Below are positions 38,192 through 45,620 of a DNA stretch of 64,000 nucleotides, in pieces. The stretch is from positions 608,001-672,000 of the forward strand of contig CAXXXD010000003.1 of NCBI GenBank assembly GCA_963663385.2, read 5' to 3'. Each line of letters begins with the position of its first letter. The first letter of the stretch is position 1. Source of the DNA: Oceanispirochaeta sp. (GTDB lineage Bacteria > Spirochaetota > Spirochaetia > DSM-2461). The notes under the pieces were generated by a model, which ran no database searches, was not told the DNA's origin, and saw nothing but the letters and a program-made list of their open reading frames with translations. The position numbers and the translations under genes were made by a program.

Positions 38192-39208
38192 ATGAAGATT
38201 GCCGTTATCTACTCCTCTAAAACCGGAAATACAAAGAAAGTGGCCCGGGCTATAAAAGATGCCCTGCCCGAGACCACAGATCTGATCGAAGCCAAAGATT
38301 TCAAGGGGGGCCATGATTACGATTTCATCTTTATGGGCTACTGGGTTGATAAGGGTACTGCCGATCGGGAAGCTCAGAAGGTGATGTCTCAGATCACCAA
38401 TAAGGAGGTGGCTATCTTCGCCACTCTGGGAGCCTATCCTGAGTCTGATCATGCCAGACAGAGCCTTGTGGGTGCCGCCTGCTGCTTCGGAAAGAACACG
38501 AAGGTTGTGGCCAGCTATATCTGTCAGGGAGCGATCGATCCGAAGATCATTGAAATGATGCGGAAAAACTCAGTCATACCCCATGGAAACTCGGAAGAGA
38601 GTGAAAAGCGCTGGGCCAACGGGGCAAGCCGCCCCGATGAGAACGATCTGAAAAAGGCAGCTGAGTTCGCCGTTAAAGCGATGGAAATGAGGGAGATTTT
38701 TGCTCCCTATAAAGAGAAGATAAAGACTGCCATGAAAGAGGCACTCGCTCAGGATCCGGGAATGCCGGCCATGGCGGCAATGAAATTTGGTGTGAGTGAG
38801 AAGGAAGTTTATGAGAACCTGCCGGAAGGAACGGTGAAATTTGTTGATATATCCAATTTTAAGGAAATCTGGGAAGAGATGGCGAGCTGGGAGAAGGTGC
38901 AATTCTTAAGCGTAAACTCAGGGCTGGTTATGGAAGTCCCGGGCAGACTTTCCCGGGGAAAGGAGGGACACGGCATGTTCAATCTGTCCGACAGGGATGC
39001 CCCCGTTCACGGTCATGTGATAGTCGACAATCTGGATTCCCTGGCCTTCGTATCCATACCTTTTATGGGTCGGGAGAGCCATAACGTGACCTTCTTTGCC
39101 AAGGACGGCAGCGTCGCTTTCGCTCTTTATCTGGGACGCAATGAAAAACGGGAAATCATTCCCGAAGTTAGAGAGTCCTTTCTGAAGCTTAAAGAATCTT
39201 TCTCATAG
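38192..39208 (+). CDS. Fusion of HmuF-like flavodoxin (N) and HutX/ChuX haem-binding domain (C)
   Basis: YSSKTGNT FMN loop, GYWVDKG, FATLGAYP, cap His; C-terminal GMFNL...HGH...PFMG...LYLGR ChuX motifs. Start 38192 fits the AAGGA SD. Confidence 0.82.
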   Translation: MKIAVIYSSKTGNTKKVARAIKDALPETTDLIEAKDFKGGHDYDFIFMGYWVDKGTADREAQKVMSQITNKEVAIFATLGAYPESDHARQSLVGAACCFGKNTKVVASYICQGAIDPKIIEMMRKNSVIPHGNSEESEKRWANGASRPDENDLKKAAEFAVKAMEMREIFAPYKEKIKTAMKEALAQDPGMPAMAAMKFGVSEKEVYENLPEGTVKFVDISNFKEIWEEMASWEKVQFLSVNSGLVMEVPGRLSRGKEGHGMFNLSDRDAPVHGHVIVDNLDSLAFVSIPFMGRESHNVTFFAKDGSVAFALYLGRNEKREIIPEVRESFLKLKESFS

Positions 39209-39394
39209 CACTCTTGTGCCCCCCTGTCCCGAAGAGGACGGGCCGCACCAGAAGTTAAATTGTGTATCTGTCTTTATAAAATTTCTTCTCATTCTCAGAA
39301 AATTATCCCGCAGTGCAACAAGTCGTAGTTTACAGGAGTCGGAAAACGAGGAGCTGCTGCTAAAAAAGCAGATACGACTTTAACTCTTTTTTTA

Positions 39395-40282
39395 TCAGCT
39401 CCTTCCTGTCTGGGTCATATTGTCCGGCACAACAATAATAAAATCGGCGATCTGCTCTCTCTCTTCGGTTGTCATCATATCCCATTCACTTTCCATTAAA
39501 GTAGTGATTGATTTGATGTTTATCCCGGGTTGTATTTCATTGATCCACCACATAATCCCCTGGCGATTGTTGCTGTGGTAGGAACCTGAAAAATGTAAAA
39601 GCAGGTTTCCAGGTTGATAGTTTTTCAGGGAGAAATAGGCCATTGTCGCATCCTTGGCAGCCTGAGCGGCCTGGAGATTTTTAATCTTAGGATTTGCATG
39701 GCCTCCCATAATAGAAGCCATATCGGCATAACACTTCACCTCATGATCAAAACGGGTTTTGAAATCCGGGCTGATCATGGTTAAAGCCTCAGGACTCAAA
39801 TGATCAAGAACTTCAATACCTCCTTTATTGATCATGGAGGCGTATCTGCGTGGTATATTGGTGGCAATGAAGCGGAGGCCCTTTTCCCTGGCGAAATCAA
39901 GAAGCGGTTTATAATCCGTTTTATAGTTTCCCCATAGCTGAGTTATTTCAGGAAGCATTTTATCTTCCTCATAGAATCCTTCTAAATATTCATTCAGCAC
40001 CAACTGGTTTCCGCTTTCAAACATTTCTGCTCCAAAAAACAGATCATCTCTTCTGATTTCGTATAGACTGTGACTCAACTCCTGCTGAAGCCAGTGGGAT
40101 ATCGGGTTGGTGTGGTACTCTCCAAAGAAGATCATATCCGATCGGGAAATATTGCTGATCATTTCTTCATATTTGATAGGCTTTCCTTCATTGGAATAGA
40201 GACGCCAGGCCGGCTTATCCTGGGCTATCGCCGATCCTGATATGCTGATCATCAGCAGTGATATAAGTTTTATGTTATTCAT
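39395..40282 (-). CDS. ChaN/PhuW-family haem-associated protein (SPase I-type signal)
   Basis: FFGEYH, EMFE, DYKPL, ATNIPR, DATMA and GSYHS motifs. Confidence 0.85.
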   Translation of the reverse strand: MNNIKLISLLMISISGSAIAQDKPAWRLYSNEGKPIKYEEMISNISRSDMIFFGEYHTNPISHWLQQELSHSLYEIRRDDLFFGAEMFESGNQLVLNEYLEGFYEEDKMLPEITQLWGNYKTDYKPLLDFAREKGLRFIATNIPRRYASMINKGGIEVLDHLSPEALTMISPDFKTRFDHEVKCYADMASIMGGHANPKIKNLQAAQAAKDATMAYFSLKNYQPGNLLLHFSGSYHSNNRQGIMWWINEIQPGINIKSITTLMESEWDMMTTEEREQIADFIIVVPDNMTQTGRS

Positions 40283-40447
40283 ATGTAACTCCTCAATGAA
40301 TGTCTTGATGTTTCCTCAGTTATTGGAGTGGGGCAGTAAAAAAAATAGAGGGCCATTACATAATTTCTTATGCATTAACCCTATGCATGCCTAGAGTATA
40401 GAGAGAAGGATCACCGGTAGATAATGACCGGCAATCCCATAGGAAAT

Positions 40448-40891
40448 CTACATTTCTACCTGAGAAAATTCTACTATGTTACCCATAATAGTAAACTCCA
40501 TAGTAACGCCATCCTCAAGGATGGTGAATACTTTGTCGGATGCTGATTCAGCAGTCATTCCCATATCTGGACAGTAGGCTTTGAAGGAAAAAATAATCTT
40601 ACCATCTTCTTCTGTAGTGGTAACATCCGTCGTATAGATATATGCCATTTCTCCCATCCCCCCGGACGACACATAGGAATCTTCCTTCAGTTCATAGTTG
40701 AGTGTGCTTACCTCACCCTGAATTGTTGCATTACCTGTCCATTGAACACCCATCATGTCGTCATATTCGGAAATCGTTTTAGGAAAATCATCATCACCGG
40801 AAGAGGAAGAACCATCATCGCAGGAAACGAACACCAGGGATGCAAAAACTACCAACACTACCAGAAAACTGCTGAAAAAACCTTTCTTCAT
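40448..40891 (-). CDS. Acidic Met-rich lipoprotein of unknown family
   Basis: Lipobox FVSC, Ser/Asp tether, beta-strand-rich; directly downstream of the TonB-dependent receptor. Confidence 0.75.
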   Translation of the reverse strand: MKKGFFSSFLVVLVVFASLVFVSCDDGSSSSGDDDFPKTISEYDDMMGVQWTGNATIQGEVSTLNYELKEDSYVSSGGMGEMAYIYTTDVTTTEEDGKIIFSFKAYCPDMGMTAESASDKVFTILEDGVTMEFTIMGNIVEFSQVEM

Positions 40892-40911
40892 TTTTTCACT
40901 CCTTAAATCTA

Positions 40912-42903
40912 TTAATATTCTATGCGGCCGCCGATCGTTCCGATGACGCCGTCATAATAACCAAAGTAATCTTCCTGATTCATACCTTCATAACTACTGC
41001 CCTCTCCTTCTAAGAAGTGATAGTTATTCAGGAGGTTTTCGCCGCGGATATATACGGAAAAATGCTCTCCAATACCTTTTTCAGTTCCCAGAACCAAGAG
41101 CAATTTATCGGGAGATTTAACATCTCCTGAACTCGTCAGCTTCATGGGAGCGTCCCAGGTCGTCGAGCCGAAGACTTTTAATGCTATCTTTGAGAACCTG
41201 TAGCTGGAGCTTAAACACACTGTATGAGGGACTCGGCCAGTCAAGTCTGTGTATTCACCATCCTCATAACTCTTGGCGGCTGTATAGGCGTATGAGAGGG
41301 AACCGGAATAATCGTTATGGTTGTAGTGAATGGCAGTATCTCCACCATAGGTCACGGCCTTTCCGATATTTTCGTAGCTGGTGTCCACATAGCCCCCGCT
41401 GCCGTCGGAATTGGAAGGGGTTTCGATAAGATCGATTATATAGTTGTAATAGGCTGCGGCTGAAAAGCTGAATCGCTCCAGGAATTCCTGTTCCAGCGAA
41501 ATATTGAAACCATGGGATTTCTCCGGTTTCAAATCGGGATTCCCATAGATATTAAAAACCGCAGACCCGCCGCCGGTATGGTGAAAAAACCAGTACTTTT
41601 GCTTTAAAGTGGGAATCTTATACCCCATCCCATAGGAGACACGAATTGTCGTATCTTCCGTTGGATCCGCCTTCAGGCTCAGCTTGGGCGTAAACTGGGA
41701 TAGCCCCGATTCTTCATCTCCGATGGGAGGAGTAAAATCAAAACGGAAACCGGGGGTCAGGAGAAAGAGATCCCGGGAGCCTATATTCCAGTCGTCCTGT
41801 GCGAACAGGCTGAGATGAAGCGCTTTTTTCCACTCCTCTTTTCCGAAGGACACCTCGTCTTGTAGAGCTTCGAGTTCAATGTGGGTCCCCGCAAGCAGGG
41901 TATGGGAAATATGAGGAATCATTTCAATACGATATTCCCCCTCGAAACCGGCATACTTCCTCTCGGACGATGACGATCCGCTTTCCAGATTCAGGCCGAA
42001 ATAGTTACCCGAAAGAAAGCCGCTGCCGGATAACCGGTCGGTGATCTCATGGTCTCCTCTGAAACCGCCGTAGATGCGGGGATTATCATATGTAGATTCT
42101 GAGGAGGGAATTCCTGCCGATGAAAGGGAGTTGTATTTACTGATGTACTGGTCATAGTTTGCGAAAATGCCCCACGTTCCCTGATCATTAAAGAAATCGG
42201 CTGTCAGCCCCAGTGAACTCAAGAAAGAAGAGGGAAGCTCGTAATACTCCTCCTCTTTCCGTCCTCGATTATAGGACTTTTTCTTTCCGTTATCATAATC
42301 CAGGGACGCTGTGGTACCTATGCTGTATCCTTCCGTTGTATAACTGAGCGCACCTGTTGTGTATGTTCTGAGATTCGTGGAGATCTCAGAGTTTGCATTA
42401 GCGCTGAATTCAGGCGTTGAGGGCTTTTCCTTTTTTGTAATGATATTAATGACACCACCGATCGCATCAGAACCGTAAAGAGCGGAGCTTGAGCCTCTGA
42501 TGATTTCGATTCTCTCTATATTGGAAACGGGGATCTGTCCTGTAGGGAGTGAACCGGCTATATCTCCAACCAGTTTCACACCGTCAACCAGGAATCTGAT
42601 GTATTCTCCTTCAAATCCCTGCATCATGATGGAACTCGACATCCGTCCGCCCACAGAAATACCTGGGATCTGCTCCAGGGCCTCGGAGAGATTCGTTGCC
42701 CCAGACTCCCGGATTTCTTCTGCTGTCACAACTTCGACTTTTTCACTTGCCTCATCTGATGTTTCAGCAAACTTGCTCCCAGTTATAACAATTACGGCCT
42801 CTCCGTCCGGAGCGGTCCTATCCTGAGCATAAAGAAAAAAAGAACCAGAAAAGAGTATTGTTGCGATAATCATGCCGTTCTTGATCGTTTGAGCTGTCCT
42901 CAT
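40912..42903 (-). CDS. TonB-dependent receptor, haem/HmuR-like
   Basis: TonB box VIVITGS, plug IERIEIIRGSSSALYGSDAIGGVINIITK, FRAP/NPNL-like YKIP...HH...NPDLKPE, C-terminal aromatic residue. Confidence 0.9.
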   Translation of the reverse strand: MRTAQTIKNGMIIATILFSGSFFLYAQDRTAPDGEAVIVITGSKFAETSDEASEKVEVVTAEEIRESGATNLSEALEQIPGISVGGRMSSSIMMQGFEGEYIRFLVDGVKLVGDIAGSLPTGQIPVSNIERIEIIRGSSSALYGSDAIGGVINIITKKEKPSTPEFSANANSEISTNLRTYTTGALSYTTEGYSIGTTASLDYDNGKKKSYNRGRKEEEYYELPSSFLSSLGLTADFFNDQGTWGIFANYDQYISKYNSLSSAGIPSSESTYDNPRIYGGFRGDHEITDRLSGSGFLSGNYFGLNLESGSSSSERKYAGFEGEYRIEMIPHISHTLLAGTHIELEALQDEVSFGKEEWKKALHLSLFAQDDWNIGSRDLFLLTPGFRFDFTPPIGDEESGLSQFTPKLSLKADPTEDTTIRVSYGMGYKIPTLKQKYWFFHHTGGGSAVFNIYGNPDLKPEKSHGFNISLEQEFLERFSFSAAAYYNYIIDLIETPSNSDGSGGYVDTSYENIGKAVTYGGDTAIHYNHNDYSGSLSYAYTAAKSYEDGEYTDLTGRVPHTVCLSSSYRFSKIALKVFGSTTWDAPMKLTSSGDVKSPDKLLLVLGTEKGIGEHFSVYIRGENLLNNYHFLEGEGSSYEGMNQEDYFGYYDGVIGTIGGRIEY

Positions 42904-43050
42904 TTTTTTCCTCAATTATTAGTCCAATATATAGAATTATGTATATATTCATTCCGAGGTTTAAACACTGCCAGGGATGGTTGCCTGTCAATAAGCCCGG
43001 TTTGGACTCAATGAGAAAGGGTTCCAATAATTCCCTTGCTGAATGAAAAA

Positions 43051-43130
43051 TTAGTAGTGCACAATAAAAGTATGCATGGCTAACATAATTAATATAAGAT
43101 AACATATTCTGATTGGGGAATATGTGTCAA
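43051..43130 (-). promoter_or_regulatory. Receptor promoter (TTGACA-18-TATGTT) with two downstream TTAG-N6 boxes
   Basis: -35 at 43125-43130; boxes TTAGTAGTGCACAA (43051) and GTATGCATGGCTAA (43070). Confidence 0.5.
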
Positions 43131-43237
43131 GAGAATTCAGTGTTTTTTGATTACCAGGTGGAATAATTTATGATTATGAATTGAATTCAGCTTGAAAATC
43201 GGCCTTGTAAAATCCCAGTGACAAAGAGTGGGGAGGA

Positions 43238-43951
43238 TCAATCAAGGCTGTATTCCAGGTAAAAAGTCAGTTCGAATTCGCTTTTCCCATCGGGTAATCC
43301 GGGAAAAGGAGCCGCTCTTTCAACAGTTTTCACGGCAGCTTCGTTTAAAAGAGAGTAGCCCGAATGCTCCATTATGAGACAGGAAGTCAACTCTCCGTCG
43401 GCTGAAATGACCAGGTGAAGTTTAATAAGACCTTCCTGACCTTTCCTGCGGGCACTCGAGGGGTAGATCTTTTTTCGTGCGATACGTGTGAGAACCTTGG
43501 TTTGATAGCGGACAATGGCGGGGCTTAACTCTTTTACAATGGGGCGGGGCGGTTGTGTATCTATAGGGGACTGAATGTTATTCAGCTGTGTAAACTCCGG
43601 CCCGGGAAGTGGCTCCGGCCCGGGAAGTGGCTCCGGCCCGGGAAGTGGCTCCGGCCCGGGAAGTGGCTCCGGCCCGGGAAGTGGCTCCGGCCCGGGAAGT
43701 GGCTCCGGCCCGGAAAGTGGCTCCGGCCCGGAAAGTGGCTCCGGCCCGGAAAGTGGCTCCGGTCCGGAAAGTGGCTCCGGCCCGGAAAGTGGCTCCGGCT
43801 CAGATACAGTCTGAGAGAAGGACATGGCCTTCAGAGCAACTTCTATCACGGTATCCTGGGCCATTTCCTCTGTCTTTATCGGGGGAGGGAGAAGGAACAG
43901 TGTCATAAAAAGGGAAGCGGAGAACAGGACGCTAAGAATCCATCTGATCAT
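43238..43951 (-). CDS. tonB: Energy transducer TonB
   Basis: N-terminal TM, Pro-rich repeat, YPSSARRKGQEG...SGYSLLNEAA...PFP C-domain. Confidence 0.9.
   Translation of the reverse strand: MIRWILSVLFSASLFMTLFLLPPPIKTEEMAQDTVIEVALKAMSFSQTVSEPEPLSGPEPLSGPEPLSGPEPLSGPEPLSGPEPLPGPEPLPGPEPLPGPEPLPGPEPLPGPEPLPGPEFTQLNNIQSPIDTQPPRPIVKELSPAIVRYQTKVLTRIARKKIYPSSARRKGQEGLIKLHLVISADGELTSCLIMEHSGYSLLNEAAVKTVERAAPFPGLPDGKSEFELTFYLEYSLD
43595..43798. repeat. 18-bp tandem repeat, 11 copies, encoding (PEPL[S/P]G)n in TonB
   Basis: CTCCGGCCCGGGAAGTGG x6, then CTCCGGCCCGGAAAGTGG-type x5. Confidence 0.97.
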
Positions 43952-44339
43952 GACGAATCCCTATTTTCTCTATGCCGGATTTTTTCACCTCATCAAGGAT
44001 CTGAACCACCGTCTCAAAGACAATGTCTCGGTCACAGGCGAGAACCAGAGCCACCTCCGGATTTTTCTTCTTAAGTTTGTAAAGACTGGATTCCAGTTCT
44101 TCCCTTACTATGATCTGCCCGTCCAGGCTGATGACTTCCTCCCTGGATACAGTGAGGGTAACGGCTTTGTTCTCCTCCTTTTCCTCTCCTGAGGAACGGG
44201 GCAAATCGAGGGGAAGGGAATTCTGTCTGAACTGGGTGGAGATCATGAAAAAGATCAGTAATATGAAAATGACATCGATAAGAGGAGTCACATTCATTCC
44301 AGCTTGTTTCTTTTTCTTCCCTTGACCCATGTTAAGCAT
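43932..44339 (-). CDS. exbD: Biopolymer transporter ExbD
   Basis: NVTPLIDVIFILLIFFM. Confidence 0.93.
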   Translation of the reverse strand: MLNMGQGKKKKQAGMNVTPLIDVIFILLIFFMISTQFRQNSLPLDLPRSSGEEKEENKAVTLTVSREEVISLDGQIIVREELESSLYKLKKKNPEVALVLACDRDIVFETVVQILDEVKKSGIEKIGIRHDQMDS

Positions 44340-44919
44340 GGTTTTTCCTTTTTACCGGATAATCAAGTTCATCCTCATCTTCACAAGCGGGAACAGCCAT
44401 TCCCATATGGAGTAACCTTACCTCCTGCTTCCTGCGAAAGTAATGGACGAAGAAAAGGGAAGGAAGGGCTACGATCAATCCGAATGCCGTTGTAAGCATG
44501 GCTTCCCAGATTCCCCCTGAAAAATTCTGGATATCCAGGGAGGTCGCTCCTGCCATCCCTTGAAAACTCTTTATCAGACCGAAAACAGTCCCCAGAAGAC
44601 CCAGAGACGGAGATGCGGCGCTAATGAATTCCAGCAGCCACAATCCCCTTTCCATTTCATGATTCAGCAGGGCGCCGAATCTTTCCAATTCTTCATTCTT
44701 GTGATCTTGAGGAAAGTCTTTCAGTTCCAGATAGCGGTTGAACAGCCTCTGTATCTGGGATCGACATGGCGTATGGCTTCCCGCAAGGGAGTCGAGTTTA
44801 CGGTAGGTTATCAGAAAATAGAGACTCCTCTCTATTATCAGGGTCATACTTAGAAAGAGCATGCCTGTGAGGATCCATCCTATCAATCCTCCCAGGCGGA
44901 TGTATTCTATTAATTCCAT
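44332..44919 (-). CDS. exbB: ExbB/TolQ/MotA proton channel
   Basis: SPSLGLLGTVFGLI...GIWEAMLTTAFGL. Confidence 0.92.
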   Translation of the reverse strand: MELIEYIRLGGLIGWILTGMLFLSMTLIIERSLYFLITYRKLDSLAGSHTPCRSQIQRLFNRYLELKDFPQDHKNEELERFGALLNHEMERGLWLLEFISAASPSLGLLGTVFGLIKSFQGMAGATSLDIQNFSGGIWEAMLTTAFGLIVALPSLFFVHYFRRKQEVRLLHMGMAVPACEDEDELDYPVKRKNHA

Positions 44920-45015
44920 TTCATCTGTCCCCCTGCCAGCAGGCCCATCGAGCGGCGCTATCTACCGGTTTTTCAAGTGATCAAGCATAGTCGATTTCTA
45001 TACATCCTATAAATA

Positions 45016-45067
45016 GTATAGTCTACTAAAGTTATGTTAAACTATTTTTTTATTCTCATTTTGTCAA
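45016..45067 (-). promoter_or_regulatory. exbB promoter (TTGACA-17-TAGTTT) with a downstream TTAGTAGACTATAC box
   Basis: -35 at 45062-45067; -10 at 45039-45044; box at 45016-45029. Confidence 0.55.
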
Positions 45068-45620
45068 TAGAGCTTTACCATTGAGGCCAAAACCAGACTC
45101 AGCAAGGTTTTCATCATAATCTCCAATTCCTCCATCTTCCTGGTTATGAAGCCGACAATCCGTGAAGGTTCCCTGTATGATTGGCCTCTGACGAAACAGA
45201 TGAAGGCAATACATACTTGGCAGCTCAAGCCGACTCCCTTCGAACAGGGGACAGGATAACCCGGCTGTCCGGCTTTCGGTGTCAGGGCCAAATCGGCCGA
45301 TTACAAGAGAAGCGTTGCAGAAAACCTGGCCTCTCTTCTCTTGAAGTGCCTGATTTTTGGAGAAGAGATCTCCGGGATTCGCGGGCTAATGGTTCTGGAG
45401 GATCCGGTTGGTTCGGTTTTTATGGTCACCGAGCTGGAACCGGAACTTGATCTATAGAGGATCAGCTGTCCTATAGCTGTTCCTGCTGCCTCCGATGAGG
45501 ACTGTGCCACTGAGAATGTGGACCTGAAGTTCTTAATAAAGGTTGTCCCAGGTTACAGCAGAAGTGCCTCCTCATCAGGGTTAATTACAACGATAAAGGG
45601 AGGCCTATTGCTATTTTAAA

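Noticed and set aside
42904..43050. Cobalamin riboswitch before the TonB-dependent receptor
   Set aside because: An AAGGGAA is present, but the GGTG..AATCC, GCCCCCGC.ACTGT and B12-box elements are absent. The haem context fits better.
43553..44074. 18-bp repeat as a CRISPR array, and the plus-strand ORFs (LRPGKW)n, (GPGSGS)n and (APAREV)n
   Set aside because: There are no spacers. The repeat is the in-frame Pro-rich linker of TonB, and the other frames are open only because the unit lacks stop codons.
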